From Acidimicrobiia bacterium (GTDB lineage: Bacteria; Actinomycetota; Acidimicrobiia; Spongiisociales; JAENVV01): 36,220 nt of DNA. Below, piece by piece: positions 1-9,080 of the stretch. The DNA lies in NCBI GenBank assembly GCA_041577335.1, contig JBFGJH010000030.1, forward strand, positions 1 through 36,220, read 5' to 3'. Position 1 is the first letter of the stretch; each line of letters opens with the position of its first letter. Made by a program: the position numbers and the translations under genes. The notes beneath the pieces are model-generated. The model was not told the DNA's origin, did no database searches, and was given only the letters and a program-made list of their open reading frames with translations.

Positions 1-240
1 CCAAGCCGGTCATCAGGCGCTGGGGTCGCAACAGAACTTCGGTGTAGGCATCCGCTGACGGTCTTGCGGGTATGCAGCTGCGCACGTCGCCAACGATCGG
101 TAACTGGTAGGTTCGGCGAGAGAGGGACCGCATCAGGGGAGCTGAGCGTTACCGCGTCGAAGAAGGGACTGTTCGCCTCCGTCTCCTTCCGGTGTCGATC
201 CAGCGGCTAATCACGCTGCATGACGACGAGGAGAGAATTC

Positions 241-1347
241 ATGACGTCGAGACGAATGATCGTTCTAGCCACCATGATGCTTCTGGCCACAGTGCTTCCG
301 GCACTTCCGGCCCTTGGTGCACCACCCGACAATGACAACTTCGAAGACTCGGTCGTGATCGATCCGGCTGCATTGCCGTTCGAAGCCACCGTCGACACCA
401 CCGAAGCGACCAACGAAGGGGCTGATCTGGAAGCGGGAGCGTTGTGCGAAGGTCCTCCGGCGACTGACGCCGGCGTCTGGTACAGCATCACCACGACGGA
501 GGACACAGATCTGCTGGTGGACACGGGTGGCTCGGACTACACCTCAGGCATCATCGTGCTGACGGGCGAACCGGGCTCGTTCGAGCTCGTCGATTGCGCG
601 CCTCAGGACATTCAGGTCTTCGCAGCTGCGGGCGTCACGCATCACCTGATGATCATGGACGACCAACTGGATGAGATCGGCAACGGCGGCACGCTGGAGC
701 TCGTGGTGCTTGCGATCGGCCCCGACCTCTGCCCGGGGATCAATCTTGCCGACCCTGATCTTGCGGACGTCAACGTGATCATCGGCACGGACGGGGACGA
801 CGTGCTGCAGGGCACCCGAGGACCCGACCTGATCGTTGGTCTAGACGGCAACGACCATATCAGCGGCCTCGGTGGAGACGACTTCTTGGCCGGGTGCGAC
901 GGAGACGACGTGCTCCTCGGCGGTAGCGGCAATGACTCGATGACCGGCGACGATCTCGGGTTCTTCGGCAACCCGGATGCGATCGGTGGTAACGACACGA
1001 TGGATGGCGGCCGCGGTGACGACGAGATGCTCGGTGGGCCCGGCAACGACACCATGTTGGGTGGTCCTGGCAACGACGCGGTCATAGGTCACCAGGGCGA
1101 TGACAAGATCCAGGGCGATGGCGGCGACGACTTCGTTGCGGCCGGCTTCGGAAATGACAACGCCAGCGGTGGCAGTGGTGACGACTTCGTGACCGGCGGC
1201 TGGGGAGACGACAATCTCTCAGGCGGCCCTGGCTCCGATTTCATCAACGGTGCCCCTCCGGCGTTCGAGGAGTTCGATCCCGAACCGGATGCTGTGGACA
1301 CCTGCGTCGGCGATGACGAGGACTTCATCATCAACTGCGAGGCATAA
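241..1347 (+). CDS. Secreted Ca-binding protein with RTX/hemolysin-type GGxGxD repeats
   Basis: SD-like GAGGAG before ATG 241. Hydrophobic signal peptide ending ALG-A, an N-terminal PxNDxF...VWY domain, then many GGxGND/GGxGDD nonapeptides. Confidence 0.85.
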   Translation: MTSRRMIVLATMMLLATVLPALPALGAPPDNDNFEDSVVIDPAALPFEATVDTTEATNEGADLEAGALCEGPPATDAGVWYSITTTEDTDLLVDTGGSDYTSGIIVLTGEPGSFELVDCAPQDIQVFAAAGVTHHLMIMDDQLDEIGNGGTLELVVLAIGPDLCPGINLADPDLADVNVIIGTDGDDVLQGTRGPDLIVGLDGNDHISGLGGDDFLAGCDGDDVLLGGSGNDSMTGDDLGFFGNPDAIGGNDTMDGGRGDDEMLGGPGNDTMLGGPGNDAVIGHQGDDKIQGDGGDDFVAAGFGNDNASGGSGDDFVTGGWGDDNLSGGPGSDFINGAPPAFEEFDPEPDAVDTCVGDDEDFIINCEA

Positions 1348-1368
1348 CGAGCCACCTACGAACCACGC

Positions 1369-1398
1369 AAGAGACCGGGGTGCGAGCCCCGGTCTCTT
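1369..1398 (+). terminator. Terminator-like hairpin
   Basis: Perfect 12-bp inverted repeat AAGAGACCGGGG / CCCCGGTCTCTT with a 6-nt loop, just after the stop at 1347. Confidence 0.75.
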
Positions 1399-1447
1399 CG
1401 CGCCGTGGAACACGGGAGCGTGACAGCTCACTAACGTCGGACTCGCT

Positions 1448-2377
1448 GTGCGCCGCTTTCTCATCGACACTGACACGGCCTCTGACGACGCCGTCGCCCT
1501 TGTCATGGCGTTGCGCCATCCTGAGGTTGTCGTGGAGGCCATCACCGTCGTTGCAGGCAACTGTCCCCTCGATCAAGCCGTTCAGAACGCCCTCTACACG
1601 GTGGAGCTGTGCGGGGAGACCACTCCCGTTCATGCCGGAAGCGCTGAGCCGCTGGTACGCCCGCTCCAGACCGCCCAGGACGTTCATGGCCAAGACGGCA
1701 TGGGAGACATCGGCTTGGATCTGGCGGGTCGCCAGCCCGCCGGCGATCGTGCGGTCGAGGTCATCATCGATGCCCTGATGGGGGCTCCTGGCGAGATCAC
1801 GCTGGTCACGCTGGGACCGCTCACCAACGTGGCCGCCGCGTTGCAACGGGAGCCGGACATCGCTCGAGCCGTGGCCCACTGTTTCGTGATGGGAGGAACG
1901 GGGGCCGGTCCCGGGAATGTGACACCGCTGGGCGAGTTCAACTTCTGGTGCGACCCAGAGGCAGCAGCCATCGTCGTGAGCTCCGGCATGCCGCTCACCA
2001 TCATTGGCTGGGACATCTCGGTGGCCTCGGCCACGTTCGACGCTCGGCAGGCGGCCGCGCTGCGAGCCTGCGGACCCTTGGGCGAGTTCGCGGTCGACAT
2101 CCAAGTGGTGCTCAACGAATACGCCCTCGACAAGACCCGGCTGCCCGGTTTCGATCTGCCCGATCCAATCACCATGGCCGTGGCAATCGACGCGACTATC
2201 GCAACGATCGAGCGTCGCCACGTTGAGGTGCGGGTCGGCAACGGGACCGATCGAGGTCACGACGTTGTCGACTGGGACGGGACTTCGGGGAAGGCACCCA
2301 ACGCCAACGTCGTCACGGAAGTTGCCCGAGAGGATTTCGTCTCGTTGCTTTCACACTTGCTGGCCGACCAGGGGTAA
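1448..2377 (+). CDS. Nucleoside hydrolase (IUNH family)
   Basis: N-terminal DTDTASDDA aspartate cluster, VHGQDGMGD, LGPLTNVA and EFNFWCDPEAA motifs. Confidence 0.95.
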   Translation: MRRFLIDTDTASDDAVALVMALRHPEVVVEAITVVAGNCPLDQAVQNALYTVELCGETTPVHAGSAEPLVRPLQTAQDVHGQDGMGDIGLDLAGRQPAGDRAVEVIIDALMGAPGEITLVTLGPLTNVAAALQREPDIARAVAHCFVMGGTGAGPGNVTPLGEFNFWCDPEAAAIVVSSGMPLTIIGWDISVASATFDARQAAALRACGPLGEFAVDIQVVLNEYALDKTRLPGFDLPDPITMAVAIDATIATIERRHVEVRVGNGTDRGHDVVDWDGTSGKAPNANVVTEVAREDFVSLLSHLLADQG

Positions 2378-2394
2378 TCTGACAGAGTCCCTGA

Positions 2395-2428
2395 GCGAAA
2401 CAGTCCCGGTGCGCCGGGGCTGCTTCGC
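2395..2428. terminator. Hairpin between convergent genes
   Basis: GCGAAACAGTCCCGG-tgcg-CCGGGGCTGCTTCGC imperfect stem between the stops at 2377 (+) and 2468 (-). Confidence 0.55.
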
Positions 2429-2467
2429 GTTGTGGGCAGGCCACCGAGACGCTCCATTGAAGGTCTC

Positions 2468-2983
2468 TCAGAGATCGGTATGCGGCCGCAGCCGGGGATT
2501 GGCCATGCGAATCGCCATGATCAGGATGGCCGAGGCTACAACTGCGATAATCGCAGCCGGCATGACCGTGTTGCCCGCGCCTCGGGGCTCCGCTGAAGGC
2601 GGCGGCGCTGCGGCCTGGGAGCTCTCGTCGGTGGCCACGACCACCGCGCCCGCCATGCCCGGATGAAGGATGCACATGTAGGGGTACACCCCCGCGTCGT
2701 CGAACGTCACGTCGGTGGAGTCACCGAACGAGAGAATGTCGGTCGATCCCCACGCCATCCCGGCACCGGTCACGGTATGCCCGTATGCGTCCTGATTGAT
2801 GAACGTGATGGTCTCGCCTGGTCGTGCCTCGAGCACCTCGGGGCCGAAACAGCTTTCCATCATGCTGACGATGAGCGGCTCACCCTCGAAGATGGTGTGG
2901 TCGCAGCCACCGCCCCCTCCGGCCATCGCGCTCGCAGGGATCATGAGAACGGCCACTCCGGCCACCAGTGCCATCCATCGCAT
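2468..2983 (-). CDS. Membrane-anchored cupredoxin (plastocyanin/azurin-like)
   Basis: SD GAGGAGG before ATG 2983. Signal peptide, type-1 Cu ligands GHTV and YMCILHPGM, C-terminal hydrophobic helix. Confidence 0.88.
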   Translation of the reverse strand: MRWMALVAGVAVLMIPASAMAGGGGGCDHTIFEGEPLIVSMMESCFGPEVLEARPGETITFINQDAYGHTVTGAGMAWGSTDILSFGDSTDVTFDDAGVYPYMCILHPGMAGAVVVATDESSQAAAPPPSAEPRGAGNTVMPAAIIAVVASAILIMAIRMANPRLRPHTDL

Positions 2984-3039
2984 TCGTACCTCCTCGGTTA
3001 CCGCCTGTACACCGACGGGGTGCACCGAGTTCCCGACAG

Positions 3040-4431
3040 CTAGGGATACGCCTCGAAGCCGGCGATGAGAGGGCCAATGCGGGTATCCCACATTGCGTCC
3101 GTGAGGGCGAAGACCTTGGCGGCTTTGAGAGCGAACGGCGGACCCGGTTCCAGTGAGTGGCGATCGTTGAGCGTGAACATGACGAGGGCGCCCAGCGGTG
3201 ACGGGCCGAGGCGCAGAGTGGCGTCGGCGTGGTCGTCAGAAGTGGCCCGCCAGTCCAGGCCGGTCCAGTTGAGTGCCACTTCGGTCGTGTCAGTCACGTC
3301 GAGATGCCGGATGGGTGCGAGACACCGCGCTCCACGGGCACGGTCGGCTCCTTCGACAATGGCTGCTTCGAGCTCGCTCGGACGAAGGTCGAGCGACTCC
3401 CTTTCGATCAGCATCCGGTTGATGTCGCCGAGTGGATATTCGCCGGCCGTGGCGGCCTGCATCGCCAGACCGCTGGAGAATCGTGGGTTGAGCTCCGTGG
3501 GCAGAAAGCCGTCGGACGTCATCACGCCGTCGATGCCGAATGCGCCTCGATAGCCGACCTTGCTCCGGAGCACGGCGCCCACCTTTCTGGCGGCGGCACG
3601 CATTTCGCGCCTGCGGTCGGGCGGCGGGTCCCACATGGTGGTCAGGGCTGAGTAGAAGAATCGGAGGTCGTCGGGTCGGCGGAAGACCACCATCTCTACG
3701 GGCCGGAACGCGAGAACCTGGTCGTCGAGGACCAATCCATGAATGGCACAGGGAACGCCCGGCAAGAACGGCATGACCCGAGCGACGTCGCAATGGCCGG
3801 CGAAGAAGGCCAGAGTCTCGTCGTCATCGACGTTGGGGGGGAGAAATCGGGCGTACTCGCCGCCGCCATGCCAGCCCTCTCGGTTGTCGCCCACGATCAC
3901 GGCTCCTTCCGATGAGCTGAGGCGGAGAATCGCATCGGCGATCGCTTCCCGATCGGCGGCACCCACGACAGTGCTCGGGGCGTAGTTGATGCCGGCCTCT
4001 GCCCACAGCGCCTCGGCGACGATCTTGTCCTCCAGGGCCCGCCAGTCCTCAGGAGCGCCGCCGACAACCGGACGCTCGCAGACAGGCTGGTTGGTGTTCA
4101 GGAAGTTGGCCAGGACGGCGGCCTCGCCGTCGGGATCCCATGATTCGATTGCCTCGCACAGCTCCGCGGGCGGAGCCGCGATGGCCGCCTGAAACGCCCG
4201 GATCCCAGCCATGATCGTCTCACCAGTTGCTCCCAGCAGGAACTGTTCTGCGTGGTCTGGATCCGGCGTCGGGCCGGTGCCCGGAGTGCCGGCTACGGCG
4301 AATATCCGGCACCCGAGGCTGTGGAGCTGCTGGACGGTCGGTGTCAATCCCGCCATGACGTCGGCAGCAACGATCCATGAACGTCCCGCCAGAAACGGCT
4401 CGGTCTGGCGACGGTAGAACTCGGGTCCCAT
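3040..4431 (-). CDS. ATP-grasp-fold protein, function unknown
   Basis: LEDKIV, VMPFLPG and YRGAFGIDG...PTELNPRF motifs. TAGGCT lies 6 nt before the ATG. Confidence 0.7.
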   Translation of the reverse strand: MGPEFYRRQTEPFLAGRSWIVAADVMAGLTPTVQQLHSLGCRIFAVAGTPGTGPTPDPDHAEQFLLGATGETIMAGIRAFQAAIAAPPAELCEAIESWDPDGEAAVLANFLNTNQPVCERPVVGGAPEDWRALEDKIVAEALWAEAGINYAPSTVVGAADREAIADAILRLSSSEGAVIVGDNREGWHGGGEYARFLPPNVDDDETLAFFAGHCDVARVMPFLPGVPCAIHGLVLDDQVLAFRPVEMVVFRRPDDLRFFYSALTTMWDPPPDRRREMRAAARKVGAVLRSKVGYRGAFGIDGVMTSDGFLPTELNPRFSSGLAMQAATAGEYPLGDINRMLIERESLDLRPSELEAAIVEGADRARGARCLAPIRHLDVTDTTEVALNWTGLDWRATSDDHADATLRLGPSPLGALVMFTLNDRHSLEPGPPFALKAAKVFALTDAMWDTRIGPLIAGFEAYP

Positions 4432-4484
4432 CCGGGCAGCCTATCGACCGCCACGGACTGCGATCTGGGGATATTCGGTGACGA

Positions 4485-5083
4485 TCAGTCGAGGGTCAGG
4501 CGGGCTTCGGTCTCGCCGCCAACGATGTTCCCAGTGGGCCCGAATCCGAATGCGAGATAGAAGGGCTCGGGAGAGCCCCGACCAGGTACCCAGCTGGTCA
4601 GCAAGGTCGTTGCTCCGATCGCTTTGCACTCCTCGACCGCCAGGTCGAGCGCCACTGCCCCGATGCCTCGACGCTGGTGGATGCGGTCGACGAGGAACCG
4701 CCACAAGAAGGCTCGGGATGCGCTGCCGTTGGCAGCGCCAGCATGACAAAACCGGCCAGCTCGTCGTCGGCTTCAATGCCGCGCAGCCAGGGCACGACTG
4801 GCGTCCCTTTGACGATCTCCGGAATGAGGGCATTGGCCAGATTGCATTCCATCGCCGCAACAAAGGCTCGCTGGGACCGATGGGTGGCACTCCTCGTTGG
4901 CAGGTCCATCCATCTCCATGATGCTGGTCACCATTCGCTCCAACCGTTCCCGGGGGAACGGTTGCACCCAGTTCTGGTATTGGCCACGAGCGGGTCGCTG
5001 GGTCGATGAGCGAGGGGGCCGATATCGACCTCGGTCAGCGGGCGGAGTATGAGCCGGTCAGTGGTGATGGCGATGAAGGTCAT
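4485..5083 (-). pseudogene. Decayed two-domain GNAT acetyltransferase (RimJ-like N-terminus plus C-terminal GNAT)
   Basis: GNAT-like segments in successive frames: MTFIAITTDRLILRPL..DPLVA | YQNWVQPFPRE..MDGPANEE | ATHRSQRAFVA..LAGFVML..HPEP | LWRFLVDRIHQRRGIG..PFYLAFGF. Breaks near 4980, 4889 and 4708. Confidence 0.8.
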
Positions 5084-5218
5084 CGGGCAGGACCCCGACG
5101 TCCTCGGTGGAGCGGTGGGTGCGAACCCTTGTGCTCGTCTTGGCTGCCGCTCGCCCGATTCGCATGCATCGAATCTACCGCTGAACCGTCGGCCACGGTG
5201 GAGGTCCATAGTGGAGGG

Positions 5219-5370
5219 ATGAAGCCTGAGATCCGATGCTTCGACGGCTGTCCGTACTGGAAAGAGCCGAGCTCGCTCTCGCGGCCCCAGCGGTCGAGTC
5301 CGAGTCGGGCATGGTCGGACCAAACGATCCGGAATGGAGTCTCGCCGGATCGCAAGAACTTTTCAATGAC
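5219..5370 (+). pseudogene. Possible remnant of a small thioredoxin-like (FDGCP-W) protein
   Basis: MKPEIRCFDGCPYWK, continuing in another frame as RAELALAA...LAGS. Resembles the YFDGCPNW...GSPT small thioredoxin-like proteins. End uncertain. Confidence 0.35.
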
Positions 5371-5429
5371 GTCAGGGTCCAATCCATCAACCCGGCACAC
5401 GGTCGGGTGAGGATGGAGAGAAACCGATC

Positions 5430-6242
5430 ATGAAGCTTGGGGAAATGGGTTCACAGGTACGCGACGGCATCGTAGGCACCGTCAAGGGCGCAGGAACTGT
5501 CGCCGACACGACAGTCGACGAAATCAAGGATGCCACCGTTGGAGTGGTCAAAGGAGCGGGTGGCATTGTGCATGGCGCAACAGATGCCGTGTCCGATGTC
5601 GTGTCCGGTGCTCTGGCCGCAGTCGATCAGATCGGCGGCGGTGTCCTCAAGGTGGTCAAGGGCGTCGCTCTAGGGGTCATCGAAACCGTCGGCAAGGTTG
5701 CGCAGGTCACGGCCGGCACGATCAGCGATACGGTGCGGGCTGCCATCAAGGGCACCGCTGAGATCGGCGGCGACCTCACACAGGCAGCAAGCGGCGTGGC
5801 TCAGGGTGTGCTCGTGGGTGCCAAGGATGTTGGCATGACAACCACCGACGCTGCGTTTGCGTTGGGCAAGGCGGCCGTTACCGGCGCATCGGAAACGGGT
5901 ACGGATGTTGTCCAGGCCATCACGGGTACTGTGCGGGGTGCCGTGAAAGGAGCCCAGGAAACGGGCGAGGACGCTCTTGGTGCGATCTCCAGCACGGCGC
6001 GTGGAGTAGTGCGTGGCGCCGGTGATGTCGGTGGCGATGTCGCCAAGGTCACCAAGACGACCATTGCTGCTGCGATAGGCGTCGCCAAGGAAACTGGTCT
6101 GGGCGTCGAGGATGCGGTTTCGGCCGCTGCTTCTGGCGCAATGACCGCTGCAGGTGCAGTGGGTGAGTCGGCGGTCGAGGCCGTCTCCGGAGTCGTTGGG
6201 TCGACCGTCGATGGTGTGAAGGTCGTCATCAAGGGCGACTAG
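5430..6242 (+). CDS. G/A/V/T-rich protein of 22-aa amphipathic repeats
   Basis: SD GGAG upstream, GC3-biased codons, eleven 22-residue repeats. No P, C, W, Y or N. Confidence 0.85.
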   Translation: MKLGEMGSQVRDGIVGTVKGAGTVADTTVDEIKDATVGVVKGAGGIVHGATDAVSDVVSGALAAVDQIGGGVLKVVKGVALGVIETVGKVAQVTAGTISDTVRAAIKGTAEIGGDLTQAASGVAQGVLVGAKDVGMTTTDAAFALGKAAVTGASETGTDVVQAITGTVRGAVKGAQETGEDALGAISSTARGVVRGAGDVGGDVAKVTKTTIAAAIGVAKETGLGVEDAVSAAASGAMTAAGAVGESAVEAVSGVVGSTVDGVKVVIKGD

Positions 6243-6345
6243 CCCCGATGGCCGGGAGCCACATCCGGCAGAGGTCACTGTGAGGTCGCGATCGAGGCCC
6301 AATCGGCTGGGCGGTTCGATGTTCTTCGCTGGGTATGATCGTGTG

Positions 6346-6888
6346 ATGGGCAGTTTCCATGAATCCATCAAGCCCGAGCTCATCGAGTGGATCGAACGAC
6401 AGCGGGTGTTCTTTGTGGCGACCGCTCCTCTCCAGGCCGACGGGCATGTCAACGTTTCACCCAAAGGCCTCGATTCCTTCAGGGTGATCGACGAAAACAC
6501 CGTCGCCTACCTCGATCTCACCGGCTCGGGTGCCGAGACGATCGCCCATCTGCGCGAAAACGGCCGGATCACCATCATGTTTTGTGCGTTCGAAGGCAAT
6601 CCGCAGATCGTGCGGCTATACGGAACTGGCCGCTCCATCCATCCAGGCGATCAGAGCTGGGCGGAGGCGGCCGACCGGTTCCCCAACTACGTGAGCGCAC
6701 GCAGCGTGGTCATGGTCGAGGTTCACAAGGTGGGCTCGAGCTGTGGCTTCGGTGTGCCTCTCATGGGCGTGGTGGGAGACCGCGACCGCTTGATCACCTG
6801 GGCAGACGCCAAAGGCGCCGACCAGATGCCTACCTACTGGGCCAAAAGGAACGCCACCAGCATCGATGGCCTTTCTGCGCTTTCCTGA
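6346..6888 (+). CDS. Pyridoxamine 5'-phosphate oxidase-like FMN-binding protein
   Basis: FFVATAP..GHVNVSPKG, YLDLTGSGAETIAHLRENGRITIMFCAF and SCGFGVP. TATGAT lies 6 nt before ATG 6346. Confidence 0.9.
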   Translation: MGSFHESIKPELIEWIERQRVFFVATAPLQADGHVNVSPKGLDSFRVIDENTVAYLDLTGSGAETIAHLRENGRITIMFCAFEGNPQIVRLYGTGRSIHPGDQSWAEAADRFPNYVSARSVVMVEVHKVGSSCGFGVPLMGVVGDRDRLITWADAKGADQMPTYWAKRNATSIDGLSALS

Positions 6889-7112
6889 ACCCACCATTCA
6901 GGAAATATCGCAAATACCACCCCGCGTGGCGATTCTCTTGCGTATTGTCAACTCTGGAGGTAGTGGGATCGACTGCATCGTGCCGATTCGGCGACACACG
7001 CGAGCCGGGACCAGTGCTGCTCGCAGCTCACTTGATCGGGCGCCGCGTTCCCTCACGACGTGGGATTCCCCCCACATTTGACCCCATCAGTGAGTCATGG
7101 AAGGAGAACATT

Positions 7113-9023
7113 GTGAAAGCCCGACCCTCGAGGATATTCTTGCTCCTCATTGCGTGTTTGACAGCGCTGGCGCTGATAGCGCCTGCAGTAGCTGCACACC
7201 CCGACGAGGTATCAGACGGAGCAGCGGACGCAGCCGAGGACACTGAGCTCCATTTGCCCGGCCACGGTGACCTGAGCGCGCCACTGGTAGCGCTCGATGC
7301 CGAAGCCGATGTCGTGAGCGCCGGTCCCATGGGGCCTGTGATCAAGGACATCCGGCTCCGAGGCCGAGGCTTTCGCCTAGACGGCGACGCCACTACCGAC
7401 GTGTGGGCACACGGCGGCTACTCGTACACAGGCACATTCCAGAGCCCGTGCGGCGGAGAACCAGGCGCCGGTGTGTGGATCTGGGACACCTCCCGGAACC
7501 GCGTCTCCAACGTGGGTCTCATTCCGTCTCCAACCGGAAGTCGCTCGAACGACGTGAAGGTCGCTGGACTGAACTCAGGCGACGTGCTCGTTCATTCGAA
7601 TGAATCCTGTGGTGGCGGCCCCGGCGGGTTCGAGATCTACAACGTCGACAACCCCAGGAACCCCGCTCACATGGCGAGTGTGCGCATTGATGAGCTGAAT
7701 CCGATTTCTGACGCATTGTTCGGCGGAATCACCGATGTGGGTGTCCACAATATGTGGCTGTTCACCGACGGTGATAACGATTACGTCGCCGTTGTGGCCG
7801 AATCGGCTTTCGACAACTTCCGGATCTACGACATCACCGACCCGAGGAATCCGACTTTGGCCTCCGCGTGGGGCGCCGAAGAGGTATTCGATCCCGGCGT
7901 TGGCGACGAGCTCGTTGATGTGAACCGGGTTTTAGGCGCCGCGTTGTGGTTGCTCGATGGCTTTGGTGCTTCGGCCAATCGCTTCTTGCATGACGTCACC
8001 GGCAGCGCCGACGGCAACCATATGTATCTCAGCAACTGGGACGCCGGCCTGATCTTGCTCGACATCAGCGATCCCACCAGCCCGGTTTACGTGTCGACGG
8101 CGCTGGACGGTTCTTCGGACGGCGACGGTGAGATCAACAGCCACTCGGCTTGGCCGAACGAAGACGGCTCGATCGTCGTCGAAGGCAACGAGGACTTCGC
8201 TCCGTACGCGACGGTCTTCTCGATCACGACCGGTCCGGCTGCCGGCGATTACCCGGCTGCTGAGGGCGCGATCACCACGCCTATCGCTGACGAACCAGAT
8301 GCAACGATGGCTGGTCCGACGACATACGTGGGTCTCGCATGCACTGGCGGCGACCCGGTTCCTGCAGGCACCGGAATCGCACTCATCCAGCGCGGCGTCT
8401 GCGCCTTCACCGACAAGGCCAACAACGCCGAAGCGGCTGGATATTCGGGCATCGTGGTGTTCAACGATGAAGCCCGCGGTGACGCTCTGGTCACCATGGG
8501 TGGCGACGATGTCAACGTGCCCGGAGTGTTCGTCGGTCATTCGACCGGTCTTGCGATTGCTAACGCTGCTTCGGCAGCCGATCTCGTGATCGGGACGGCG
8601 GGCGAAGATGTCAGCGTGTCGGTGGTGCCAGATGGCTGGGGCCAAATCCGTATCTGGGACTACTCCGATCCGGCTAACCCGGTGTTGGCCTCGTCGTTTG
8701 ACACCGTATGTAGTTATACGGTCGTCGACCCGAGCTGCGATCCGAACGGCACGTACTCCGTGCACAACGTCGTCGTCGAGACCGAGGGTGGCAAGGTCAA
8801 GGCGTACATTTCGTGGTACTTCGACGGCCTCGTCGTCCTCGACGTCACTGATCCGTACAACCCGGTCGAGATCGGCCGTTTCTTGGACGCCCGCACCAAC
8901 GGCGGCCTGCCGATTGACTTCTGGGGAATCTACAAAGAGCCAGGCAAACCAACTATCTATGTCTCTGACAGGAATGGTGGCTTGTACCTGCTTAAGGATG
9001 CAGGCACCATCGGTCGGAGGTAA
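7113..9023 (+). CDS. Secreted LVIVD-repeat beta-propeller protein with inserted PA domain
   Basis: SD AAGGAG before GTG 7113, signal peptide, repeated (I/L)xDxxDPxxP strands, PA motif IALIQRGVCAFTDKANNAEAAGYSGIVVFN. Confidence 0.85.
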   Translation: MKARPSRIFLLLIACLTALALIAPAVAAHPDEVSDGAADAAEDTELHLPGHGDLSAPLVALDAEADVVSAGPMGPVIKDIRLRGRGFRLDGDATTDVWAHGGYSYTGTFQSPCGGEPGAGVWIWDTSRNRVSNVGLIPSPTGSRSNDVKVAGLNSGDVLVHSNESCGGGPGGFEIYNVDNPRNPAHMASVRIDELNPISDALFGGITDVGVHNMWLFTDGDNDYVAVVAESAFDNFRIYDITDPRNPTLASAWGAEEVFDPGVGDELVDVNRVLGAALWLLDGFGASANRFLHDVTGSADGNHMYLSNWDAGLILLDISDPTSPVYVSTALDGSSDGDGEINSHSAWPNEDGSIVVEGNEDFAPYATVFSITTGPAAGDYPAAEGAITTPIADEPDATMAGPTTYVGLACTGGDPVPAGTGIALIQRGVCAFTDKANNAEAAGYSGIVVFNDEARGDALVTMGGDDVNVPGVFVGHSTGLAIANAASAADLVIGTAGEDVSVSVVPDGWGQIRIWDYSDPANPVLASSFDTVCSYTVVDPSCDPNGTYSVHNVVVETEGGKVKAYISWYFDGLVVLDVTDPYNPVEIGRFLDARTNGGLPIDFWGIYKEPGKPTIYVSDRNGGLYLLKDAGTIGRR

Positions 9024-9049
9024 CGACAGAGCGTTCCTTTGGACGTGAA

Positions 9050-9080
9050 AGAGAGCGGGGCGTCCTTCGCCCCGCTCTCT
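9050..9080 (+). terminator. Terminator-like hairpin
   Basis: Perfect 13-bp stem AGAGAGCGGGGCG / CGCCCCGCTCTCT with a 5-nt loop, after the stop at 9023. Confidence 0.75.

Noticed and set aside
110..220. Possible TPP or glycine riboswitch upstream of the RTX-repeat gene
   Set aside because: Only fragments (GGGGAGCTGAG and a small CAGCG/CGCTG hairpin). The conserved cores are missing.
2378..2394. GGGACTCTGTCAGA (minus strand) resembling an IS end
   Set aside because: No partner inverted repeat, target duplication or transposase found.
5080..5400. 106-aa minus-strand ORF abutting the GNAT start
   Set aside because: No recognisable motif or start signal, and it overlaps the more suggestive plus-strand remnant.
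6960..7110. Riboswitch in the LVIVD-gene leader
   Set aside because: No c-di-GMP, c-di-AMP, SAM or cobalamin consensus that I can recognise.
6387..7112. 242-aa N-terminal extension of the 878-aa ORF
   Set aside because: Arg-rich shadow frame overlapping the FMN-binding gene. The SD and signal peptide place the start at 7113.
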